From: an uncultured Spirochaetota bacterium
GTDB taxonomy: Bacteria; Spirochaetota; UBA4802; UBA5550
Direction: 5' to 3'
NCBI GenBank assembly: GCA_963827275.1
Contig: CAWHAA010000006.1
Coordinates: forward strand, 128,001 to 192,000
Length of the DNA: 64,000 nucleotides
Translations under genes and position numbers: made by a program
Part shown: in pieces, positions 30,164 to 39,920 of the stretch
Numbering within the stretch: the stretch's first letter is position 1
Layout of the letters: each line of letters opens with the position of its first letter
Notes under the pieces: generated by a model
Databases searched by the model: none
What the model saw: the letters and a program-made list of their open reading frames with translations, nothing else
Told to the model about the DNA's origin: nothing

Positions 30164-31033
30164 TTAATCGGTTATGTTGAAATCGTACCGTATATCCTTT
30201 CCGTTCCGCTCGAGGTCAATCGTGATCTTCGGGTCGTTCTTGATCGTCTCCCACATGGACATCAGCTTCTGGGTGCTGTCGAGCATCTGGCCATTGACGC
30301 GCTTGATAACGTCGCCGCTGCGGGCGCCGAGCTTGAACAGGATATTCTGCGGCCGGACCGAGGTGAGGCGATAGCCGACGATCTGGCCGTTGATACGGTG
30401 CGGGCCCGCCTGGAGCCCCTGCAGCGCGTTGTCCATGTTGTTGAACACTTTCTGTCGTACTTCGGCCCTGCTGAGCGTCTGGGTGAACTGCTGCGCCCCG
30501 GCCCCCGGCTGGCCGGCCACGCCCGGAGGGGCGTTCGGGGCCACGATCTGCTTGGCATACAGCTCAAGGGCGATTCTCTGTCCGCCGGCTTCGAGGTAGA
30601 CCCTGGAATCGCCGATCGACACGAGCTTGTTGCCGTAGACGTCGTTGCCCACCTCGCTATTGACCTTGTACAGGGCGAAGACGCCGGGGCTTTTCTCTCC
30701 GGTTTTGAGTATCATCGCACGCGAGATGCTCGCGGGACCGCTGATGGTGCCCAGCAGCGTAAGCTCGCTGATGCCGGCGCCGGCAGGGCCCTGGCTGTCG
30801 CCGGCGAGATCGCCGGCGCCCGGCAGCTTGAAAAATCCGCACTCGGCGATGGCAGCGTACTCCTCGAAATTCTTGCGTACTGCCGCGGTATATGGTTTCC
30901 GGTACGAAGTTGTCGGTTTCGTGTACGCGGGGGATATCTTGTATTTGATAACCTGGTTTATCGTGGATGCCAGCAAAAATGAAAAGATCATTATTGACAG
31001 GATGTTGAGGGAATGGTACTTTAAATTCTGCAT
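30164..31033 (-). CDS. gspC: Type II secretion protein GspC with C-terminal PDZ domain
   Basis: TM, LTLLGTI HR domain, GYRL...LGARSGDVIKRVNG PDZ; first gene of the cluster. Confidence 0.88.
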   Translation of the reverse strand: MQNLKYHSLNILSIMIFSFLLASTINQVIKYKISPAYTKPTTSYRKPYTAAVRKNFEEYAAIAECGFFKLPGAGDLAGDSQGPAGAGISELTLLGTISGPASISRAMILKTGEKSPGVFALYKVNSEVGNDVYGNKLVSIGDSRVYLEAGGQRIALELYAKQIVAPNAPPGVAGQPGAGAQQFTQTLSRAEVRQKVFNNMDNALQGLQAGPHRINGQIVGYRLTSVRPQNILFKLGARSGDVIKRVNGQMLDSTQKLMSMWETIKNDPKITIDLERNGKDIRYDFNITD

Positions 31034-31172
31034 GAATTACAAAACCCTGTAATTATGTCCGCTTATAGTTAAGGATCATTCATTGGCATGTCTTGAATAA
31101 TAAAAATATGCAATGAATTTATATTATTTTTTATATAAAATCATCATATATTAACAAATTTCGTCAAGTAAT

Positions 31173-31850
31173 TTACTCAATAATCACATTTTTTGGGGGG
31201 ATGACTTCAATATGATTCCGGACAGCCAGTCCCCGCTTGAAAAATTTTATTCGTATGACATACAGAACGACAGCGATCCCGGCAACCCCCAGGATGACCA
31301 GTTTATACCTGTTTAAATAAGGGAAGATGCGTTCGAAATTGTTACCAAAAGAATAGCCCAGATAAAATAATATGGACGATGTGCAGAGCAGGGCGCAGAG
31401 ATCGATGATCATGAACTTGATCATGTTCATGTGGATGAGGCCGCTGGTCATGAACAGGACGTTCCTCATCCCGAAAGGGATGAATCGGCCGAAAAAGAGG
31501 GTCTTGCCGCCATACTTTGAAAAATACGCTTTGACGGTCTCTATCTTCTGATCGATCTTTTCCCTGTTTACAATTTTTGTGCGCAGGAGTACGCTGCTGA
31601 AAAGGACCCTGTTGATCCCGTAGCGCCCGATCAGGTAGGCCTCAATGTCGCTCAGGTATGCGCCCAGGAAGCAACCGGCAAAAATATAATACGTATGTTC
31701 CGGTACAACGGTCGCTGCGAGGGAGGCGGAAACAATGAAAACGACGTCTTCTGAAACAGGCAGGTTTAATCCTGCAAGCAGGAGGAGGCCGAAAGATACA
31801 TAGTGCAAATAGGGGGCCATCCCTGCAAGAATCGCTTGTATATCAAACAT
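31173..31850 (-). CDS. DedA family membrane protein
   Basis: NLPVSED, GAYLSD, YGGKTLFFGRFIPFGMR. Confidence 0.9.
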   Translation of the reverse strand: MFDIQAILAGMAPYLHYVSFGLLLLAGLNLPVSEDVVFIVSASLAATVVPEHTYYIFAGCFLGAYLSDIEAYLIGRYGINRVLFSSVLLRTKIVNREKIDQKIETVKAYFSKYGGKTLFFGRFIPFGMRNVLFMTSGLIHMNMIKFMIIDLCALLCTSSILFYLGYSFGNNFERIFPYLNRYKLVILGVAGIAVVLYVIRIKFFKRGLAVRNHIEVIPPKNVIIE

Positions 31851-31870
31851 GAACGTATGACCTTGTTACA

Positions 31871-32197
31871 TTACCGGACGATAAACGGCTTTGCTTTGAT
31901 GGCGGGCATGCCTTTTTTGACCCATATTCGCACCTGAATGGCGCTTTCCCCGTCCTGGTTAGTTATAGTGCCAATCTCTTCTATATTTGCGATCGAGTCA
32001 ACAGTGAATTCGTAAAATTCATTATTTTTTGAAAAGGGATCTGTCAGTAAAATCAATATTTTATCATCGTTCGGGCGCTTCTTTGGCGTTCCGGTATATA
32101 CCCTGTACTTTTTCTGGGCATCCGCATCCCTGTATCTCTCGACTGCGAATTCCTTGTCCGTTTTTGCGATAAGTCTTTTTATCAGTTTTTCAGTCAT
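31871..32197 (-). CDS. Small hypothetical protein
   Basis: Likely start ATG 32197 with AGGAG upstream; GTPKKRP..DPFS..FYEF..WVKKG..PF pattern. Confidence 0.7.
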   Translation of the reverse strand: MTEKLIKRLIAKTDKEFAVERYRDADAQKKYRVYTGTPKKRPNDDKILILLTDPFSKNNEFYEFTVDSIANIEEIGTITNQDGESAIQVRIWVKKGMPAIKAKPFIVR

Positions 32198-32240
32198 ATC
32201 CGGCTCCTGGACTGTCATTCTGCATATCTGAATTCCACCA

Positions 32241-32257
32241 GGTGATGTCACATCACC
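32241..32257. promoter_or_regulatory. Perfect palindrome in a divergent intergenic region, candidate operator
   Basis: GGTGATGT-C-ACATCACC. Confidence 0.35.
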
Positions 32258-32433
32258 GATCGATTTTTATCTAATTTGCCAAATTCACTTGACTCAACGT
32301 CAATTATATACAAAATTGTGCAATAATACCGATGCACGACAGGGTGCGGCGTGTTGCCCGCATGACAATGCTTGCATCAATACAATTTTTATAATGTTAT
32401 AATGCCGCTTTTCTTTTAGTAAACAAAATTATC

Positions 32434-34674
32434 ATGAAAAACAGAAAAAAATACGCCGCAGCGGCCATTATCGCTGCCGTTGCTCTGGTCAATATCGCAG
32501 CGACACTACAGCTTTTTTTTAACGTAAGTTTTCCCGAACGCGTTCTGAAGGAACAGGTCTCCGAATATTTTAAAAGCACCCTGGATAAGGCGGTCAAATT
32601 CGAGGACCTCCATATTGACTCCTGCGGCAATCTTGTGCTCTCTTATTTCAATGTTTCAATAACGAGCGACTTCAACGACAATATCAGCCTTGTCCGGAGC
32701 GCGAAAACAGTAATGAGCCTCGGCCTGCCCGCTCTTTTTACCGGCTCCATCCGCGTCTCGGAGATAGATTTTTATGATGCCGACATCACGCTTATAAAAA
32801 AATACGGCAAAAGCCACAAGGAATGCCTGCTGGCGCTGCTGGACCCCGATCGGCTCCTGGCGAAGCTAAGGAAATCCCGCGAGGCGATGCAGGTGCGCCT
32901 GCATGGTTCCAGGATTTTTTACCGCGAGTCGTTACGGGAGCGGCAGGTTTCCCTGGAAATGTACCGGGTGGGCGCTGAGCTGGAAATCGGACCTGACATG
33001 GCATCCTATGCGGCGAGGGGTAAAATCAAGCCCTACAGGACCGAGATACTGCGGAAGGGCAGTTTTTCCTGCGGCGGGACGATCGATCTGCGCAAGGGCG
33101 GACCCTGGGAACACAGGGTGGAGGTTGAAAATTTTGACCTTACCTATTTAAATGACTACATCACCGAGTACAAGGTCGCCGGCATTGCCCTCAACGGCGG
33201 TGTTTCCGTCGACATCAGGTTCGGCGAAGCAAAAGGGGCCCTGTCGTCAGCGGGCAGGGTGGAGTCAAATTCCCTGAGCGTCGCATCGATTGAAAAAAAG
33301 TATGACATCATATCCAATGAGAATATGGACCTCGATTTCGACATTACCGTTGACCGCGCGCAGAATAAATATACCGTGCGCAGGTTCAATCTCAGCGATG
33401 ACGTAATTTCACTCGATGCGTCGGGCACGTACGTGCAGAACGATAAAAACGACTCGCTGGCCCTGAATTTCAAGACGAACGAGATTGATCTTGCAGACCT
33501 CTCACAGACGCTGACGCCCCTCAAGGATGTCGAATACGCCGGCACACTCAAATGCGACGGCGCTTTTTTGCTTGATTTCAAAAAGAACACGGCCGCGAAG
33601 ATGCGCGCCGACCTCGTCCTTGACGATTTTACCATTGTAAAAAATGACAGGGGGACTGCCGTGACGCTGGTCGGGGAGACCTCCATGCGTTTCAAGGCGT
33701 CAGGCAGCTCGGCCGGTTTCACCATCAAGGGACGGCCGCTCGATTCCGACATCGAGCTGACAGGGAAGACGAAGGTGGAGCAGTGGGTTCCCCTGAAGTC
33801 GGCATCGATCGTGTCGCTGCGGTCGAAAAAGATGAACATGGAAAATATCCGTCTCGTGCTCCTCTACCTTGCGAACGGCGCGTACGAATCCGCGTATGAC
33901 GATAAGCGCGGCAGCAGGGAAAAATCCCCTTTCCTTCAGCGGCCAATAGGGAAATTTATGAACAACAACACAATTGATTTCACCAGCGAGTACGGCACTG
34001 TTTTCTACGGGAAAAAGGCGGGCCTGCATAACGTGGTGCTGAACGCCCGGCTGACTAATGGTGCGGTGTCGATTGGTGAATTCAGGGCCGAAGGCTATGA
34101 CGCGACCTTCGCGCTGTCAGGGCAGGGATATTTTAACAGTGATCAGCCCTATATCAAGATCGCCGGCAGGGCCGACGGGTTTGACCTTGGCAGATTTTAC
34201 GCCGACAGCGGAATGGGCGGTTCGCTCACCGGCGCGGCGCGCGCGGACTTTTCCTACGAAGTTTCAATTTCCAGGATCGGCGACCTCCTGGACAATGCCA
34301 GGGGGAGCCTGAACCTGCAGATAGGCCCGGGAGAGATGAAAAACACGAAATTCCAGCGTGACCTGGTCGACTTTCTGTCAAAGTCAGGGCATGATCCCTC
34401 GCTGATATCCCTGATAAACTTTCAAAGTATTACGCTTTCAATGACAGAGCTGGGGGAAAATTTCTGGTTCAGCAATGTGGGAATCCGCGGAGACACCCTG
34501 CTTTTCACTATTTCGGGAGACTATCTCTTTGAAGGCGGGATAAGCAGCCGCTTCGCGTTAACCATGAAAACCGACGCCGGTATGGTCGCCATCCCGCTCC
34601 ACCTCCACGGCCCCCTCCTGGCTCCGTGCCTGGACGCGTCCGATAAAAAAGATTCCCCGCGGCTCTGCTTCTAG
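32434..34674 (+). CDS. AsmA-like membrane-anchored beta-rich protein
   Basis: N-terminal TM, then long amphipathic beta-strand pattern; C-terminal IPLHLHGPLLAP typical of AsmA-like C-termini. Confidence 0.6.
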   Translation: MKNRKKYAAAAIIAAVALVNIAATLQLFFNVSFPERVLKEQVSEYFKSTLDKAVKFEDLHIDSCGNLVLSYFNVSITSDFNDNISLVRSAKTVMSLGLPALFTGSIRVSEIDFYDADITLIKKYGKSHKECLLALLDPDRLLAKLRKSREAMQVRLHGSRIFYRESLRERQVSLEMYRVGAELEIGPDMASYAARGKIKPYRTEILRKGSFSCGGTIDLRKGGPWEHRVEVENFDLTYLNDYITEYKVAGIALNGGVSVDIRFGEAKGALSSAGRVESNSLSVASIEKKYDIISNENMDLDFDITVDRAQNKYTVRRFNLSDDVISLDASGTYVQNDKNDSLALNFKTNEIDLADLSQTLTPLKDVEYAGTLKCDGAFLLDFKKNTAAKMRADLVLDDFTIVKNDRGTAVTLVGETSMRFKASGSSAGFTIKGRPLDSDIELTGKTKVEQWVPLKSASIVSLRSKKMNMENIRLVLLYLANGAYESAYDDKRGSREKSPFLQRPIGKFMNNNTIDFTSEYGTVFYGKKAGLHNVVLNARLTNGAVSIGEFRAEGYDATFALSGQGYFNSDQPYIKIAGRADGFDLGRFYADSGMGGSLTGAARADFSYEVSISRIGDLLDNARGSLNLQIGPGEMKNTKFQRDLVDFLSKSGHDPSLISLINFQSITLSMTELGENFWFSNVGIRGDTLLFTISGDYLFEGGISSRFALTMKTDAGMVAIPLHLHGPLLAPCLDASDKKDSPRLCF

Positions 34675-34684
34675 CGTCCCTGCG

Positions 34685-36691
34685 TCACTCCTTCATGTCA
34701 AGAAGCTCGTATATTGTGACCGGTTGCTCCTTGCCCTTGACGCGGATAAGGTCGAGCTCGCGGGCGACGACGTGGTCCTTTACCCCCTCGTAGGTATACT
34801 CGCTGATGATGATGTTCGTGCTGTATATCTTGTTTGTCCCCTCGAGACGCGCGCCGAGATTGACCATGTCGCCGATAAGCGTGTAGTCCATCCGCGACGA
34901 TGAGCCGACGTTGCCCACGATCATGGGGCCCGAATTGATCCCGATGCCGATGTCGATCTGCTCCTTCTTCTCAAGGGCCCACGCGGCGTTCATTTCATGG
35001 AGCCGCGCCATCATCTCGATGGCCGCCCTGCAGGCGAGAATCGGGTGGTCATCCTGCGGGATGGGCGCGCCCCAGAACGCCATGATTTCGTCACCGACAT
35101 ATTTATCGAGCGTACCGTTGTATTTTATCACGATGTCCGTCATTACCTGGAGGTAATAATTCAGATGGACAACGAGTTCCTCCGGCGTCATGCGCTCGGA
35201 CAGGGTGGTAAAGCCGCGGATATCCGAAAAGAGGACCGTGACAATTTTCTTTTCGCCGCCCAGCTTCAGCATCTCCGGGCTTTTCAGAAGCTCGTCGACA
35301 ACGGATTTTGATACGAACTTGGAAAAGGTCTGCCGGATATAGCGTTTCTCCCGCTGCTCGGTGAGAACCCGGTAGGTCAGGATCAGGGTGAACGTGAGGC
35401 TTATCTGTATCACCGGCGTCGAAAAAGCAGGCATGTAGCTGTAAAGGTCGAAGACCGCATAGGCCCCGACCATGTACAGGATGATGGAAACGGCCGTGAT
35501 CAGGAGCGATGCTATGATCGAGATGCGGGGCAGGAGCAGGCCCAGCACCAGGGCGATGCAGAGCAGGATCAGGAGGTTCTGCATGTCGGTTAAGCGGTGC
35601 AGGAAGCTCTGGTTCAGGATCGTGTTGAGGGTGTTGGCGTGGTGCTCGATCCCGTATATGGCGCCGTACGGGGATTGTTTTTCATCAGTGGCGATGCCGG
35701 TGGCGGCATACGCGGCCACGAGGACGATCTTGTCCTTCAGGGACGTGTTGTTTTCTTTGAGCATGTCGCCGTCCCTGTGAAAATAGCTGTAGGGGTAATG
35801 TTCGAAGCTGCCGAACCCTCCGATGAAATTGACGTCCATAAAGCCCCGCTTGTCGATGGGAATGACGATCTCGCCGGCCCTGTTCGGCCTGGCCATCTTC
35901 CCCGCGGGCAGATTTTTAAGCTTGATATGCTTCCCCCATTTGATCTCGACGTCCTTCGGACCTATGCCGTAATACTGCATGACCACCAGAAGGTCGATGT
36001 TCGGGTAGTACCATCCGTTCCATTTTATCAGGAGCGGCATTGTCCTGATGATGTTGTCGGCCCCGGGAAAGATGTTGGCAAAGCCGATGCCCCGGGCGGC
36101 CCGGGAGAGGTCCGGGGTGGGCGGGACCGCTTCCTCGACCATGTGCGGGGTGTTGTCGGAAGGATCGGCCGGGAAGCGTATCCGCTCCATGTACGTGATG
36201 CGCTTGTCCTGGTCGTTGTATTCCTTGTCGACCCTCTGCGTCTCAAACGGGAAGTCGAGAAAGACGTTTCCGGCTTTTTTAATGGCCGCCGCGAGCTTGT
36301 CCTCGTCGTCCTTGTGGTCGAGAAACATGACGTCGAACAGTATGGCGAGGGGCTTGCCGGAGCCCACATAGCTGATGAATTTCGCGTGTATGTCCCAGGG
36401 GAAAGGCCACTGGATGCCCTGGTCGGAGAAATGGCGGATGGTGCGTTCGTCGATGCCGATGATGATGATGTCCTTCCTCGCCCGTTTGTTCGGGAGGCGG
36501 AGCTCGGCGCCCTTCTGGATCACCTGCGACTTTTCGGCCGGATCGCGGAGAAAAAACATGAAGTTGTTCGCCCCCAGCTCCATCCGGTCCAGAATGGTCG
36601 TGAATAACAGTAACACGGCGACGATGGCAAACACCGCGATGGTGAGGAGGAATCCGACGAGATGGTTCTTTTCTAATTTCATGATGGCCAT
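34685..36691 (-). CDS. CHASE2-domain class III adenylate cyclase
   Basis: IIIIGIDE, WPFPW, FDVMF, GIEHHAN (CHASE2), 3 TM, FSDIRGFT, DKYVGD, DYTLIGDMVNLGARLE (Lys/Asp imply ATP specificity). Confidence 0.93.
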   Translation of the reverse strand: MAIMKLEKNHLVGFLLTIAVFAIVAVLLLFTTILDRMELGANNFMFFLRDPAEKSQVIQKGAELRLPNKRARKDIIIIGIDERTIRHFSDQGIQWPFPWDIHAKFISYVGSGKPLAILFDVMFLDHKDDEDKLAAAIKKAGNVFLDFPFETQRVDKEYNDQDKRITYMERIRFPADPSDNTPHMVEEAVPPTPDLSRAARGIGFANIFPGADNIIRTMPLLIKWNGWYYPNIDLLVVMQYYGIGPKDVEIKWGKHIKLKNLPAGKMARPNRAGEIVIPIDKRGFMDVNFIGGFGSFEHYPYSYFHRDGDMLKENNTSLKDKIVLVAAYAATGIATDEKQSPYGAIYGIEHHANTLNTILNQSFLHRLTDMQNLLILLCIALVLGLLLPRISIIASLLITAVSIILYMVGAYAVFDLYSYMPAFSTPVIQISLTFTLILTYRVLTEQREKRYIRQTFSKFVSKSVVDELLKSPEMLKLGGEKKIVTVLFSDIRGFTTLSERMTPEELVVHLNYYLQVMTDIVIKYNGTLDKYVGDEIMAFWGAPIPQDDHPILACRAAIEMMARLHEMNAAWALEKKEQIDIGIGINSGPMIVGNVGSSSRMDYTLIGDMVNLGARLEGTNKIYSTNIIISEYTYEGVKDHVVARELDLIRVKGKEQPVTIYELLDMKE

Positions 36692-36960
36692 AGGTACCCC
36701 TGTTCAACAGATGCTGTAACTGTACACTGGCATGAAGTATGATATTTTCAAGTTATTTATTTTGTTGCGTCCGGAAAAATTAGCTGCCCCAGGCTGACGT
36801 AAGATCGTGCGGGGCGCCGGAAACCGGTGACCTTTAAATAGTTGACAAAATCCGGTCTTTCTCGTTTTTTTTAATTCTTCAATCGAACCTGAAAAACATG
36901 CGGTGTGTCAGCGCCCTGCGGGACAACGGCCGCATGAACTATCGCTCACGAGGCAGACCA

Positions 36961-38631
36961 TTGAACCTGAAAACAGAAATCTCACAGATTGTATCCCGCG
37001 CCATAGATTCCGCGGTGAAGGAAGGGGCGTTCGAGGACATGTTCGGCGGGCTTGACCGCAAGGTGGAGTATCCGCGCGACATGAAGTTCGGCGATTACGC
37101 CACGCCCATCGCCCTTGAGTCGGCGAAGCTTTTGAAGAGGTCGCCGATGGATATCGCCGGGAGCCTCGCGCGCCACATGGGGTCTGATCCAAGGATCGCG
37201 AGCGTCGAAGTGGTGAAGCCCGGGTTTATCAACCTGTTCATCGCAACGGGTTTCCTGTATGACAATTTGAGGGAGATCGTACACCAGGGCGCGGAGTACG
37301 GAAGGTCCGGAAAGGAAAAGCCGCGGCGGGTAAACATCGAGTTTGTTTCCGCCAATCCGACCGGGCCCCTCAATATCGTGTCGGCGCGCGCCGCAGCGGT
37401 CGGGGACACGATCGCCAACCTTCTTGAATTTTCCGGCGACAGCGTTGACCGTGAATTCTACGTGAACGATTACGGGAACCAGGTCGTGCTGCTCGGGAGG
37501 TCCGTGCTGGCGCGGATCAGGGAGCAGAGGGGAGAGGCGGTCGAATTTCCCGAAGACGGGTACCACGGCGCATATATTGCCGATATCGCGGCGCGCATCG
37601 CGGAAGAACACGGGCCCGAACTGGACGCCATCACGGACGAGGAGCGCAAGGCCGATTTCCTGGCGCAAAAGGCGATAGAATACAACGTGTCCGGGCAGCG
37701 CAGGGACCTCGAGGAATTCAATGTCCGCTTCAAGACCTGGTTCAGCGAACGGACCCTCCATGAGAAAGGGGCGGTGCAGAAGACGCTGGAGCTGCTCAGG
37801 GCGGGGAACGGGGTCTATGCAGAGGAAGGGAAGACGATGTTCCGGTCGACCGATTATGACGACGACAAGGACCGTGTCCTTGTGAGGGACGACGGACGGC
37901 CGACCTATTTTCTCGCGGATATCGCCTACCACAGGGACAAGATGGAGCGCGGATATGACCTCATCATCGACATATGGGGCCCTGACCACCATGGCCATAT
38001 AACGCGCCTCGTAGGGGCGATGAAGTCCCTCGGGTGCGACGAAAAAAACCTGAACATACTCATTTCGCAGCAGGTAAATCTCCTGATGGAAGGCGAGACG
38101 GTCAAGATGTCCAAGCGCCTCGGCCAGTTTTCCACCATGCGGGACCTGATCGATGAGATCGGCGTCGATGTCGCGCGGTATTTTTTTACCATGCGTTCCC
38201 TTGAAAGCCATCTTGACTTCGACCTGACCCTTGCGAAAAAGGAGAGCTCTGAAAACCCGGTATTTTATCTCCAGTACGCCCATGCGCGGATCTGCTCCCT
38301 CTTCAGGGAGGCGGAGAAGCGGGGAATGAGCTACGATCCCTCCGCCGCATCGATGTCTTATCTCGACAACGAGGAATCCATACTCCTGATGAAGCACCTC
38401 GCGAAGTTTCCCGAGGAGATGGAGGACGCGGCGGAAAAATGCGAGCCGCACCGCGTCGCCACGTACCTGATGAAGGTCGCCCAGGCGTTCCACAAGTTTT
38501 ATACCGAGCATCGTGTCCTGACGGATGATGCGGCAATGAGCGCCGCCTGCCTGCTCCTCTGCGACGCAGTTCGGGTCGTCATGGCGAACGGGCTCCGTTT
38601 GCTCGGGGTCTCGGCCCCCGAGCAGATGTAA
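36961..38631 (+). CDS. argS: Arginine--tRNA ligase
   Basis: FGDYAT, PGFIN, EFVSANPTGPL, GPDHHGH, KMSKR, NPVFYLQYAHAR, APEQM; TTG start at 36961 inferred (ORF open from 36898). Confidence 0.97.
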   Translation: MNLKTEISQIVSRAIDSAVKEGAFEDMFGGLDRKVEYPRDMKFGDYATPIALESAKLLKRSPMDIAGSLARHMGSDPRIASVEVVKPGFINLFIATGFLYDNLREIVHQGAEYGRSGKEKPRRVNIEFVSANPTGPLNIVSARAAAVGDTIANLLEFSGDSVDREFYVNDYGNQVVLLGRSVLARIREQRGEAVEFPEDGYHGAYIADIAARIAEEHGPELDAITDEERKADFLAQKAIEYNVSGQRRDLEEFNVRFKTWFSERTLHEKGAVQKTLELLRAGNGVYAEEGKTMFRSTDYDDDKDRVLVRDDGRPTYFLADIAYHRDKMERGYDLIIDIWGPDHHGHITRLVGAMKSLGCDEKNLNILISQQVNLLMEGETVKMSKRLGQFSTMRDLIDEIGVDVARYFFTMRSLESHLDFDLTLAKKESSENPVFYLQYAHARICSLFREAEKRGMSYDPSAASMSYLDNEESILLMKHLAKFPEEMEDAAEKCEPHRVATYLMKVAQAFHKFYTEHRVLTDDAAMSAACLLLCDAVRVVMANGLRLLGVSAPEQM

Positions 38632-38645
38632 GGTCCGGTGCGCCA

Positions 38646-39920
38646 GTGAAGACCGTTGCCGTTCTTTCAACCGGGAATGAGCTCCTCAACGGCACGACGA
38701 GCGACACAAACGGCGGATATATCTGCGGCCTGCTCTTTCCGCTGTCGGTGCGGGTGCGCCAGCGGATCGTCGCCGGCGACGATCCCGGGACGCTTGCCGC
38801 CGCGCTGCGCTATGCACTCGATGCTTCTGATGTCGTCATCATGACCGGCGGGCTCGGCCCGACGGACGATGACAATACCCTTGCCGCAATCAATGAGCTG
38901 CTCCGGTTGCCCCCGCATGTTGACATGGAATCGCTGAACCGCATGGAAACATATTTCAGGACCATGGGGCTCCAGGTGAACGACAGCGACAGGAAGATGG
39001 TGGAAGTGCCGAAAGGGGCGAGGGTGATCAGGAATGAAAACGGGCTCGCACCCGGCTTTATCATATCCGTTGACGGCCGGATCATCATCGCCTTGCCGGG
39101 CGTGCCGCGGGAGATGGAGCTCATGATGGACCGGTACGTCATGCCATATCTTAAAAAAGAATGCGGGATAAAAGAGCGGGGCGCCGCCTCCTTCAGGGTC
39201 ACCTGCATGAGGGAATCAGAAATCAATGATATGGTGCGGGGTATGCCGATCCCTCTGGGGCAGCTGGAGTGGGGGATGACGGCTAAAAACGGTATAATCA
39301 TGGTCACATTCGCGCAGCTGGGCGGCGATCCCGTTGATCATGACGCCATCATCAGCAGTGCGCGTGAGGCCTTTGGCGGCAGGTTCCTGGACCCTTCATT
39401 CGAAACACCCGAGGAAGAGGTCGTTGCCCTTCTCAGGGAACGGAGATTGACGCTATCGATAGCGGAATCGTGCACCGGGGGACTGGTGTCGAAGCGCATC
39501 ACCGACGTCCCCGGGGCATCTGAGGTTTTTACCGGGTCAATAATCGCATACAGCAACAGCGTCAAGGTGGCGCGCCTCGGGGTTTCAGAGGCCACTCTCG
39601 CGAAGTTCGGCGCCGTCTCGCAGGAGGCCGCTTTGGAGATGGCGTCGGGGATACGCAGGGAGCTCGGAACCGACATGGGAATTTCGACCACCGGCATCGC
39701 GGGACCGGGGGGAGGTTCGGAGGCCAAGCCCGTCGGCACCGTATGGTTCGGCTTCGCCGATGCCGGCGGCGCGCGGGCCTTCAGGCAGCAGATCGGCGGG
39801 GACAGGGAACGGGTGCGGGCATTCGCGTCCCTGGCCGCGATTGAACTGCTGCGCGGTCATCTGAAGAAGGAAGGCGGACGGGAACAGCAGTCCGGGGCCA
39901 TGCGTCCGGGTCCCGCGTGA
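38646..39920 (+). CDS. cinA: Competence/damage-inducible protein CinA (MocF domain plus PncC NMN deamidase)
   Basis: TGNELL, GGLGPTDDD, LPGVPRE, AESCTGG, TGIAGPGGG, KPVGTV. Confidence 0.93.
   Translation: MKTVAVLSTGNELLNGTTSDTNGGYICGLLFPLSVRVRQRIVAGDDPGTLAAALRYALDASDVVIMTGGLGPTDDDNTLAAINELLRLPPHVDMESLNRMETYFRTMGLQVNDSDRKMVEVPKGARVIRNENGLAPGFIISVDGRIIIALPGVPREMELMMDRYVMPYLKKECGIKERGAASFRVTCMRESEINDMVRGMPIPLGQLEWGMTAKNGIIMVTFAQLGGDPVDHDAIISSAREAFGGRFLDPSFETPEEEVVALLRERRLTLSIAESCTGGLVSKRITDVPGASEVFTGSIIAYSNSVKVARLGVSEATLAKFGAVSQEAALEMASGIRRELGTDMGISTTGIAGPGGGSEAKPVGTVWFGFADAGGARAFRQQIGGDRERVRAFASLAAIELLRGHLKKEGGREQQSGAMRPGPA

Noticed and set aside
18877..31033. Type IV pilus interpretation (PilM-like gene, pilin motifs)
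   Set aside because: GspC-PDZ, GspK, GspG signatures and C-to-N gene order indicate T2SS; no PilT retraction ATPase
36982..38670. 562-aa antisense ORF over argS (and similar long antisense ORFs over gspF, gspE, gspL and the CHASE2 cyclase)
   Set aside because: Shadow ORFs expected from GC-rich codon bias; no recognisable motifs
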